Shown here: positions 9,309 to 17,154 of the stretch, in pieces
Layout: the number at the start of each line of letters is the position of its first letter
Numbering within the stretch: position 1 is the first letter of the stretch
Assembly (NCBI GenBank): GCA_031362565.1
Contig: JANLSU010000039.1
Location: forward strand, 1-64,000
Length of the DNA stretch: 64,000 bases
Direction: 5' to 3'
Source of the DNA: a bacterium
Lineage (GTDB): Bacteria > Krumholzibacteriota > Krumholzibacteriia > G020349025
Position numbers and translations under genes: made by a program
Notes under the pieces: model-generated
The model's input: only the letters and a program-made list of their open reading frames with translations
What the model was told of the DNA's origin: nothing
The model's database searches: none

Positions 9309-10234
9309 TGGACGCACAGGTTCGCACCCTCGGCCCTTTGGAGCGCGCTCTGCACCTCAAGTCCGTCGACGCGCTCGGCGGTTTGCCGCCCGCCGAACTC
9401 GGCGTCGTGGCGCGGCACGCGCGCGAACGCCGCTTCCGCGCCGGCAGTGCGGTGTTCCGGCCCGGCCAACGCCCGGCGAGCTTTCATGTGGTCGTCGCGG
9501 GCGGGGTGCGTGTGACCGGTGCCGAGCACGATGCGGCGCGCATCGGGCCCGAGGAATGCCTCGGGCTCTTGGCGCTCCTGGCCCGTTGGGACGAGGGGCT
9601 GGATGCGGTCGCCGAAGAGGACACGACGACACTCGAACTCGACGTGGAGGATCTGCACGACGTGCTCGAGGATCATTTTGCCGTGTACTTGCACGAACTG
9701 CGTGGCGTCGCCCGGCGCATGATGGCAACGCTTGCCGCGTTGCCCGACGGCACGCACATCGGCGCGACGGCACCGCTCTTGCCCGTCTCCGCCGAGCTCG
9801 ACGTCATCCAGCGGCTGCTTTTTCTACGCCGCACGGCGGCTTTTCAACGCGCCAATATGGATGCATTGGTTGAAATGGCGCGCCACGCGACGGTCGTACG
9901 CTTCGCACCCGGCGAACGCTTGTGGACGCGCGGCGACCCGTCGGGATTCAATTGTCTGGTGATGGCCGGCACGGTGCGCGGCGTGCATGGGGCACCGGAA
10001 CGCAGCTTCGTCGCCGGCCCGGGTGTTCCGCTTGGCACGCCCGAAGCCCTGTGCGGTGCGCCGCGCTGGTACGACGCGGTCGCGGTCGAGCCGGTGCTGG
10101 CGCTGCGCTCCGAAGTCGATCTCTTCCTCGACTTGCTCGAAGATCATTTCGCCATGGCGCTGGACTACCTGGCGGCGACCGCTACGGTGCTGATCCAACA
10201 GCTGCGCGGCGGCGGCTGGCAGCCGCCGCCCTGA
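9308..10234 (+). CDS. Protein with two cyclic-nucleotide-binding (cNMP/CRP-like) domains
   Basis: Two repeats of L..L.....F/L..L/N...L...AR.A....F.[AP]G..[VL][FW]..G......[FH].V..G.V; GTG overlaps the upstream TAG (TAGTG). The longer ORF from 8120 is an out-of-frame extension. Confidence 0.8.
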   Translation: MDAQVRTLGPLERALHLKSVDALGGLPPAELGVVARHARERRFRAGSAVFRPGQRPASFHVVVAGGVRVTGAEHDAARIGPEECLGLLALLARWDEGLDAVAEEDTTTLELDVEDLHDVLEDHFAVYLHELRGVARRMMATLAALPDGTHIGATAPLLPVSAELDVIQRLLFLRRTAAFQRANMDALVEMARHATVVRFAPGERLWTRGDPSGFNCLVMAGTVRGVHGAPERSFVAGPGVPLGTPEALCGAPRWYDAVAVEPVLALRSEVDLFLDLLEDHFAMALDYLAATATVLIQQLRGGGWQPPP

Positions 10235-10244
10235 CGTGCCGCGA

Positions 10245-12068
10245 TCAGGCCGTCGCCCAGCCGGGCACCGCGACGTCGGGGAAGTTGTCCATGATGCGCC
10301 GGGCGCGGAGTTCGCGGAGTGCTGCGTGGGCCGACCCAAGCGTCACGCTCGGTTGCGCTTCGTGGCCACGCCGCCGCCACGTGATGGAATCGGTTTCCAT
10401 TTCCTTTTGTCCGACGATCCACAGGTTCGGAATCTTGTGGGTGGCGGCGTTGCGGATCTTCTTGCCGAAACTGTCGTCGGAGTCGTCGACCCGGACCCGG
10501 AACAGGTCGTCATGCAGTTGGGCTTGCACCCGCCGCGCGTAGTCGAAGAAGGCCGGCGCCACCGGAATCACCATCACCTGGAGCGGCGACATCCAGGTCG
10601 GGAAGGCGCCGCCGAAATGTTCGAGCAAGAAGGCCACGAAACGCTCGTGGGTTCCGAGCGGCGCGCGATGGATGATCCATGGGCGCTGCCGCGTGCCGTC
10701 GGGGGCCACGTATTCCAGGTCGAAGCGGTCGGCGGCGATGAAATCGAGCTGTCCGGTGCTGGCGGTTTCCTCGCGCCCGACGACGTTGGTGACCTGGTAG
10801 TCGATCTTCGGGCCATAGAACGCCGCTTCGCCGGTGCGCTCCTCGAACGGCAGTTTCATGTCGACCAGCACCTGGCGTACGAGGCCCTCCGCGAACTGCC
10901 ACTGTTCCTCGTTGATGATGAACTTCTCTTTGTCGGCCGCATGCAATGACAGTCGCAGCCAGAAGTGCTCGAGCCGGAACATGGCGTAGTACTGCTTGTG
11001 CATGTCGATGACGGCTTGAAATTCTTGATGCACTTGGTCGAGGGTGCAGTAGATATGGGCGTCGTTCATGCTCATGCCACGGACGCGCAAGAGCCCGGCG
11101 AGCTGGCCGCTCTTTTCGTAGCGATACACGTCGCCGTACTCGGCAAGCCGCAGCGGCAGGTCGCGATAGCTCCGCTGGCGCGCCGCATAGATCGTGTGAT
11201 GGTGCGGGCAGTTCATGGGCTTCAAATAGAAGGCCTCTTCGTCCTCGAGCTGCATGGGCGGGAACATCGAGTCCTTGTAGTACGGCAGATGTCCACTGCG
11301 GACATAGAGCGAGCCCTTGGCGATGTGCGGCGTCGAAACGCGAACGTACCCGGCCCGGAACTCGGTCTCGCGCGCCAGGGCCTCTAACTCGTCGCGCAGC
11401 ACGGTGCCGTTCGGCAGCCACAACGGCAGGCCCTTGCCGATCTCCTCGGCGATGACGAACAGGTCGAGTTCCTGGCCGAGCTTCCGATGGTCGCGTTCGC
11501 GCGCCAACTGGCGTTTGTCGACGAAGTCCTTGAGCGCCGCTCCATCATCGAAGGCGAGCCCGTAGATGCGCGTCATCATCGGGTTCTTTTCGCTGCCGCG
11601 CCAATAGGCGCCGGCCACCGAATCGATCTGGAACGAGTCGGTGGGGATCTGTTTCGTGTGTTCGACGTGCGGGCCCTCGCACATGTCGACAAAATCGCCG
11701 CTGGTGTAGAAGCTGATCGTCTCGACCCCGAGGCGTTCATGCAACTCGCGGGCGTACTCCGCCTTGAACGGCTGGCCGCGTTCTTCGAGGGCCCGGACGG
11801 CCTCTTCCCACGGCATCTCGGAACGCTCGAACCCCAACCCGCGCTTCAAAATCTTGCGCATGCGCTTCTCGAGCTCGCGCAGTTCCGACTCGTCGAACGG
11901 CGGATCGAAAATGAAGTCGTAGTAGAACCCGTCATCGACCGGCGGTCCAAACCCCAACTTGGTGCCAGGCCGCAAGTCCAGCACCGCCGCCGCCAGCACA
12001 TGCGCCAAACTATGCCGGCGCCGGTATAAAACGTCCGCCCGATCCGGATCCGCATCCAGCCGCGACAT
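10245..12068 (-). CDS. thrS: Threonine--tRNA ligase (no N-terminal TGS domain)
   Basis: RHSLAH, GFYYD, DMCEGPH, GAYWRG, RDHRKLG, LKPMNCPHH, YRYEKSG.L.GL.RVR, GEAAFYGPKID, HRAPLGTHERF. Confidence 0.97.
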   Translation of the reverse strand: MSRLDADPDRADVLYRRRHSLAHVLAAAVLDLRPGTKLGFGPPVDDGFYYDFIFDPPFDESELRELEKRMRKILKRGLGFERSEMPWEEAVRALEERGQPFKAEYARELHERLGVETISFYTSGDFVDMCEGPHVEHTKQIPTDSFQIDSVAGAYWRGSEKNPMMTRIYGLAFDDGAALKDFVDKRQLARERDHRKLGQELDLFVIAEEIGKGLPLWLPNGTVLRDELEALARETEFRAGYVRVSTPHIAKGSLYVRSGHLPYYKDSMFPPMQLEDEEAFYLKPMNCPHHHTIYAARQRSYRDLPLRLAEYGDVYRYEKSGQLAGLLRVRGMSMNDAHIYCTLDQVHQEFQAVIDMHKQYYAMFRLEHFWLRLSLHAADKEKFIINEEQWQFAEGLVRQVLVDMKLPFEERTGEAAFYGPKIDYQVTNVVGREETASTGQLDFIAADRFDLEYVAPDGTRQRPWIIHRAPLGTHERFVAFLLEHFGGAFPTWMSPLQVMVIPVAPAFFDYARRVQAQLHDDLFRVRVDDSDDSFGKKIRNAATHKIPNLWIVGQKEMETDSITWRRRGHEAQPSVTLGSAHAALRELRARRIMDNFPDVAVPGWATA

Positions 12069-12112
12069 CAGCCCTCATCTCCCCAAGAGAAACTCTCCAC
12101 TTCAAGCCCCGC

Positions 12113-12142
12113 ATCCTACCCCACCCCCCCACCCACCCTCAA
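12113..12142 (-). promoter_or_regulatory. Putative sigma70 promoter of thrS with a G-run spacer
   Basis: Minus strand TTGAGG-GTGGGTGGGGGGGTGGGG(18)-TAGGAT, 44 nt upstream of the ATG. Confidence 0.5.
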
Positions 12143-12455
12143 CCAAGCCCCCCAGTAGGGGGGGGATGGTTCGCCACAACACTGGATGGCGGGGACCGAT
12201 GGGGGCTGGGGCTCGGCGACTTGAATCTGGGACGTCGCGCGGGGCGGCGGCTCCGGTTCAAGTCCGGCCGGCGCCGACGAGAGGGCGGTGGGCGGCGCCG
12301 GGGGGGAGGGCGAGTCATGAGGAGCCGGAGGCCCGGAGGGCCTTGGAGGCGACGAATGAGGGAGTGAGCGCACAGGAGGTGCGCGAACGACCGCGAGCGC
12401 CCGGGCACGTCCTCGCCCGCCCCCGCCGTGGCAAGAACTTCCGGGTCCGCTTCCC

Positions 12456-13247
12456 CTAGTGCCGCAACAGGCCCATGTACCAGGTGCAGACGGCGTCGCC
12501 GAAGAAGAGGCAGAGGGCGGCGCCGGTTGCGAGGAACGTCCCGAACGCGACCATGGTTTTGCGGGTGCCGCCGCGGGCGAGGAGCACGCCGCCCCAGAGC
12601 GAGCCGAGGAACGCCGCGAGGAAGATCGTGAAGAGGACGTAGAGCGGGCCCAGGAAGGCGCCGATCATCGCCGCCAGCTTGACGTCACCGAAGCCCATGC
12701 CGTCGACACCACGCGTCTTCTTGTACGTCCACGCGATACCCCAGATGAAGCCCGCACCGGCTGCTGCGCCCAGGAGGCCGCGCCACACGCCGAGCGGCAA
12801 CACGGTTGCCGCCAAGACGAGGCCGACGGCCGTGAGTCCGAGCGACAGCTCGTCCGGAATGATCATGTGTTCCCAGTCGATCCACGCGATGGCGAGCAGG
12901 GTCGCGAGGAATGCAAAGTAACCGGCGGCGGCGCCGGTCGGACCGAAGCGCAGCACACAGACGAGTGCGAGTGCTCCGGACAGCAGTTCGACGAGCGGGT
13001 AGCGCCAAGCGATGCGGGCTTTACAGCCGGCGCAACGGGCTCGTAGCAGGAGCCATGAGACGACCGGGATGTTCTCGAACCAGCGCACCGTGCGGCTGCA
13101 GTGCGGACAATGCGAACGCCCGTGCCACGGGGACTCGTTGCGTGGCAGGCGATGAATGAGGACATTGAGGAAGCTGCCGATCACGAGACCGAATCCGGTC
13201 GCGGCGACCAGTTGGGCGGTGCGTGGCAGGAGCGCGAAGGTGTTCAT
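12456..13247 (-). CDS. pilD: Prepilin peptidase/N-methyltransferase
   Basis: GSFLNV.IHRLP, SHCPHC, ENIPVVSW..LRARCAGC, RYPLVE, ID.....IPD, GMGFGDVKL. Confidence 0.96.
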   Translation of the reverse strand: MNTFALLPRTAQLVAATGFGLVIGSFLNVLIHRLPRNESPWHGRSHCPHCSRTVRWFENIPVVSWLLLRARCAGCKARIAWRYPLVELLSGALALVCVLRFGPTGAAAGYFAFLATLLAIAWIDWEHMIIPDELSLGLTAVGLVLAATVLPLGVWRGLLGAAAGAGFIWGIAWTYKKTRGVDGMGFGDVKLAAMIGAFLGPLYVLFTIFLAAFLGSLWGGVLLARGGTRKTMVAFGTFLATGAALCLFFGDAVCTWYMGLLRH

Positions 13248-13951
13248 CGCACGGCCTCCGGGGCCGGTGGACCCAGCCGTGTCGCGGCTTGCTGGCGGGC
13301 GCGCAGTGCGGCTTCGACCTTGCGTGCATTGTCGGCGGCGACGATGCGCAGCCCGGGGTCGCGTCCATTGCGCGCCAAATCACTCCACAAGAGCCAGGCG
13401 GTTTCGAGCCGGCCGAGGCGGCGGTTCAAGAACGCCATGAAACGCTGGGCGCGTTCCTGGCCACCGGGCCGTTGCGAGGCGAGGCGCAAGTACGGGAGCG
13501 CCGCATCCAGATCGCCACCCTGAACAAAGGTGAGAAAACCCATTTCGAAGGGCGCCGTCGGCGAATCGGGATTGGCGCGCGCACTGCGGCGCAGGATCTC
13601 GAGGGCGCCCGGCAAGTCGTTCTTCTCGCTCGCGACGACAACCGCACCGAACACGCTCGCTTGCTCGAAGCGCGGATCGAGCGTCTGCACCGCTTCGACA
13701 TAGTGTTCGAACTCGCCGAGATCGTTGCCGCCCTGGCGGTGCTCGCCGTAGTACTGCACCGCCTGCAGCCAGGCAACGTCGGCGGCCGCCGTGCGGTAGC
13801 CGAGCGATGCCACTTCCAAGAATGGAATCGCCGGCAGTGCCGCGACATGGTGCGGGAGACCCTCGGACGCGGCGCGTTCGGCTGTCTGCCGCACGACCAC
13901 CGTCGCCAAGCCGAGTGCCGCGCAGATGCCGGCATGCGCCGCCAGGTTCAT
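13244..13951 (-). CDS. Hypothetical TPR-like pilus-associated protein (possibly PilG/XapA-like)
   Basis: N-terminal TM, SLGY...AAD..WL.A.QYYG, LDPRF and helical repeats; ATGA overlaps on both sides, between the ABC permease and pilD. Confidence 0.6.
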   Translation of the reverse strand: MNLAAHAGICAALGLATVVVRQTAERAASEGLPHHVAALPAIPFLEVASLGYRTAAADVAWLQAVQYYGEHRQGGNDLGEFEHYVEAVQTLDPRFEQASVFGAVVVASEKNDLPGALEILRRSARANPDSPTAPFEMGFLTFVQGGDLDAALPYLRLASQRPGGQERAQRFMAFLNRRLGRLETAWLLWSDLARNGRDPGLRIVAADNARKVEAALRARQQAATRLGPPAPEAVR

Positions 13952-14709
13952 TTCAATTCCTTGCGCTGGAACAACAGTGCCGCCAGGGTCAGGGCGGTGA
14001 CGGCATACAGCGCGGCATAGGCAGCGCCCGCCACGAATTGACCGGGTGGAATCGCGACGCCGTAGACGGCAGCGCTCCTGACGTCGTAAAGCGACAAGGG
14101 CGGCACGAGCCAGCGCACGACGCCCGCGACGCGATCCAGTGCGGAACTGTGGGCCAGGCGCAAGATCGTTTCCTGCAGATGCCCGGCCGCGAACAGCGCC
14201 AGGGTGAAGAAGGCCGCCAGCGTCGGCGACGTGAAGGTCGAGAAGAGAACCGCCAGGCTCGCGACGATCAAAAGCCCAAGCAACGTCGCGCCGATCGCTT
14301 GCAAGTATTCGGGACCCCAGCGGAAGCCGGAGACGTGGACCAGCAACGCAAATACGGCCGTCATGACCGCCACCAGCACACAAAGCGTCGCGAACAGTCC
14401 GAGACACTTCCCCGCCAGATACTCCAGGCGAGTCACCGGCCGGCAAAGGACCGCTTCGAGGGTCCGCCGCTCGATGTCGCGCCGCACGAGTCCGCAACCC
14501 GAGAGCAGAATCACCAGCACACCGAGCGCATCGATGCACGCCAGACCGAAATCGGCGACGACTTTGCCCTGAGCACCGGGGGCGAGTGGTGTCAGCACGC
14601 AGGAGCCCGCGACCAGCACCCCGACGAAGAGCAGGACGACGTAGAGAATGCGTTCGCGCAGTGCTTCCGTGAGCGTCCAACGCGCCAGCACCAGGACTCG
14701 CCACAGCAT
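13948..14709 (-). CDS. ABC transporter permease (PilI-like)
   Basis: Six TM segments; LA..T..EALR.R, DIERRT...L..PV.R..YL.GK, and F.RKEL at the C-terminus. Confidence 0.85.
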   Translation of the reverse strand: MLWRVLVLARWTLTEALRERILYVVLLFVGVLVAGSCVLTPLAPGAQGKVVADFGLACIDALGVLVILLSGCGLVRRDIERRTLEAVLCRPVTRLEYLAGKCLGLFATLCVLVAVMTAVFALLVHVSGFRWGPEYLQAIGATLLGLLIVASLAVLFSTFTSPTLAAFFTLALFAAGHLQETILRLAHSSALDRVAGVVRWLVPPLSLYDVRSAAVYGVAIPPGQFVAGAAYAALYAVTALTLAALLFQRKELK

Positions 14710-14710
14710 C

Positions 14711-15748
14711 TCAGCCCACCTCCACGTTCGAACGCCGCGCTGGCGTGGCTTCGGCGGCGCGATCGCGAACGCCGGTCACCAGGGCCGCTGTTTCCGGCAG
14801 GAGCATCGCCGTGCGCTCTGCCGGAATGGTGTCCATGGCGCCGGACGCAACGAGAACATCCTCGAGAGACGGCCGGCGCGGGACAACGGCTTCGAGCGTG
14901 CCGCCGGCGGCGGCGATTGCCGCAACCAATTCCTGCGTCGCCCGGCCAGGCGCAACATTGAACAACACCCGCGAACCGGCGCGGGTTACTTGGGTGGCGA
15001 GCGCCCCCAGGCGCTCCACCGCGCGGCCCTCGAGCCCGGCCGCTTGCACTTCGACACTCTGCGCACCGAGCGACGCGAGGTCATCGAGCCGCAGTTCGCA
15101 GGCCAGCCTTCCCTCGCGCAGCATGCCGGCCCGCGTACAGACGATTTCGACGTCGGCCAGAATGTGGGTCGAAAAGAGCACGGTGCGGCCCGCCGCACGT
15201 TGCTCGAGAATGAGGTCGCGAACGAGCTTGCGCCCGTGCGGATCGAGGCCCGACATCGGTTCGTCGAGCACCAGCAGCTCCGGTTCCCCCAGCAGAGCCT
15301 GCGCGAGGCCGACGCGCTGCAGCATCCCCTTCGACATCTTGCGCAACTTGACGCCGGCGGCAGCGCCAAGTTCGAGGCGTTCGAGCAGCGCCAACGCCCG
15401 GGCGCGGAGGTCGCGGCCGCGCAACCCCTGCAACTGGCCGCAAAAGGTCAAGAACTCGAGCCCTGAGAGTTGGTCGTGGAAGGCCGGAGTTTCGGGCAGA
15501 TAGCCCAAGCGCGCCCGGGCCCGCCGGTCGCCGAGCGGCGCACCGAGCAGCGTGCCCTGGCCGCGATCCGGCTGCGACAGGCCGAGCAGAATTCTGAGCG
15601 TCGTCGACTTGCCCGCACCGTTGCCGCCCAAGAGTCCGTAAGCCTCACCGGCCTGCAGCTCGAGCGACACGCCACGCAGGACATCGCGCCGCCGCATCCA
15701 GAATCCGGCGGCGAACGATTTGTGAATTTCTTCCAGACGAAGGATCAT
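14711..15748 (-). CDS. ABC transporter ATP-binding protein (PilH-like)
   Basis: Walker A GGNGAGKST, signature MSKGMLQR, Walker B LVLDEP, H-loop STH; AGGAG RBS before ATG 15748. Confidence 0.92.
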   Translation of the reverse strand: MILRLEEIHKSFAAGFWMRRRDVLRGVSLELQAGEAYGLLGGNGAGKSTTLRILLGLSQPDRGQGTLLGAPLGDRRARARLGYLPETPAFHDQLSGLEFLTFCGQLQGLRGRDLRARALALLERLELGAAAGVKLRKMSKGMLQRVGLAQALLGEPELLVLDEPMSGLDPHGRKLVRDLILEQRAAGRTVLFSTHILADVEIVCTRAGMLREGRLACELRLDDLASLGAQSVEVQAAGLEGRAVERLGALATQVTRAGSRVLFNVAPGRATQELVAAIAAAGGTLEAVVPRRPSLEDVLVASGAMDTIPAERTAMLLPETAALVTGVRDRAAEATPARRSNVEVG

Positions 15749-15859
15749 GCGCAACTCCTGCACGCGACGAGCAACCGCCGTGCCTTCTGCGGGTGGCGTC
15801 GCTTGCAGCGCGGCGTAGGCCTCGGCCGCCGCATCGGAGTCGTCAGGAGGGCAAGGTTC

Positions 15860-16273
15860 TCAGTGGCCGTTCGTGACGGTGATGCACGGGACGCCGCCCT
15901 TGCCCCAGCCCGTGATGACGTAGCCGATACCGGCCATGCCAGTCGTGTCATAGCCGACCTCGCCGTCTTCGTCCGGCGCGGTGTCATCCATCGGATTGTT
16001 GCCGAACGGATTCCGGAGGGCGGCGGGCAGCAAGTCGGCCATGAGCTGGCCGTTCGGAAGCGCGGTGGTGAAATCGGTGGCATATACGGCGTCGTTCTGA
16101 GCGGCAAAGTCTTCGGCGGCCACCTGCAGCGTGTGGGCGTTCGCTTTGACGCCGGCTTCCTTCGAGCGCGTGGTCATCGCCGTGAAGTTCGGGATCGTGA
16201 TCGCGGCCAGCACACCGATGATCACGATGACGATCATCAATTCGATGAGGGTGAAGCCCGGGGTGCGACGCAT
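15860..16273 (-). CDS. Type IVa pilin (second paralog)
   Basis: Class III signal MRRTPG|FTLIELMIVIVIIGVLAAI.IPNF with Glu+5. Confidence 0.92.
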   Translation of the reverse strand: MRRTPGFTLIELMIVIVIIGVLAAITIPNFTAMTTRSKEAGVKANAHTLQVAAEDFAAQNDAVYATDFTTALPNGQLMADLLPAALRNPFGNNPMDDTAPDEDGEVGYDTTGMAGIGYVITGWGKGGVPCITVTNGH

Positions 16274-16319
16274 CGTGTACCTCGCTCGCGTAGTGGCTAC
16301 GGAATCCAGGGTGAAGACG

Positions 16320-16351
16320 GCGACGCGGAGTGGCGAACCACCCCGCGTCGC
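16320..16351 (-). terminator. Strong UUCG-capped hairpin between the two pilin genes
   Basis: Minus strand GCGACGCGGGGTGG-TTCG-CCACTCCGCGTCGC, a 14-bp stem with one G-U pair, 25 nt after the pilA stop. Confidence 0.65.
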
Positions 16352-16376
16352 GCCGAAACACTGGATGCGTGCCGAA

Positions 16377-16796
16377 TCAGCCGCCGTTGGTCAGCGTGAT
16401 GATGGTCGTCGTACCATCCTTGCCCAACGCCGTAATCGTGTAGGAGACGCCGGGCGTCACCGTACCGTCATAGCCAACTTCACCGGCAACCGCGGGGGCG
16501 CCGGCAGAAACGGCCGAGGCGGTGTTGTCGAAGGGGTTCTTCAGCACCGGGATGAGGTCCGTGAGGACGTCACCGTTGACCAGCGCGGTCGAGAAGTCGG
16601 TCGCGTACACGCCGTCATTCTGAACGGCGAAGTCCTCGGCGCCCAACTGCACGGTGTGCGCATTGGCCTTGGAGCTGGCTTCCTTGGCGCGTGCCTGCAT
16701 CGAAACGAAGTTCGGAATTGCGATAGCCGCGAGGATCCCGATGATCACCACGACGATCATGAGCTCGATCAGAGTGAAACCCTTGGTGGAACGCAT
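16377..16796 (-). CDS. pilA: Type IVa major pilin
   Basis: MRSTKG|FTLIELMIVVVIIGILAAIAIPNF; GGAGG RBS; immediately downstream of pilSR and a sigma54 promoter. Confidence 0.92.
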   Translation of the reverse strand: MRSTKGFTLIELMIVVVIIGILAAIAIPNFVSMQARAKEASSKANAHTVQLGAEDFAVQNDGVYATDFSTALVNGDVLTDLIPVLKNPFDNTASAVSAGAPAVAGEVGYDGTVTPGVSYTITALGKDGTTTIITLTNGG

Positions 16797-16966
16797 GGTT
16801 TCGTGTCCTCCAAATGCGGATTTAGGAGCGAACAGGGAACGGCCTTCCCGTTTCCCAGGCGACGGCGTACGAGCGGCACCCCTGAGGCGCATGGCTCGCC
16901 CGGTCTTCGCGGACCGGCGGTGACTGCCGCCGTCCCGGATTCCCCACGAGGGGACGTGCACAGACC

Positions 16967-16982
16967 AGCAACGCACATGCCA
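16967..16982 (-). promoter_or_regulatory. sigma54 promoter of pilA
   Basis: Minus strand TGGCAT-GTGCG-TTGCT, near consensus, next to the sigma54 activator PilR. Confidence 0.85.
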
Positions 16983-17154
16983 CGTCTCCGGAATCTCCAG
17001 ACGCGGCGCATCGTGGCGGATGCTTTCGCGTAAGCGGGCGCGCGCGTCCTTGGTTCCGCGCGCTCTGCAACACCACCGGCGTGCATCACGCCGTGGACGG
17101 AATCCCCGCCATCCTGCACCGCGACGCGGCACGCCGCGCCACGCCGCCGACACG

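Noticed and set aside
6364..10234. Genomic island integrated at tRNA-Val
   Set aside because: No integrase, no duplicated tRNA 3' end and no obvious compositional shift.
12188..12278. tRNA-like T-arm CCGGTTCAAGTCCGG with an upstream GACTTGAATC resembling a Ser/Sec anticodon loop
   Set aside because: No acceptor stem or D-arm can be formed; both motifs are better explained as the arms of one inverted repeat.
12069..12455. T-box or E. coli-type operator upstream of thrS
   Set aside because: No UGGNACC antiterminator or specifier stem recognisable, and the candidate promoter leaves only a short leader.
11959..12459. 166-aa plus-strand ORF across the thrS-pilD spacer
   Set aside because: Low-complexity Pro/Arg/Gly sequence, overlaps thrS antisense, no RBS or motif.
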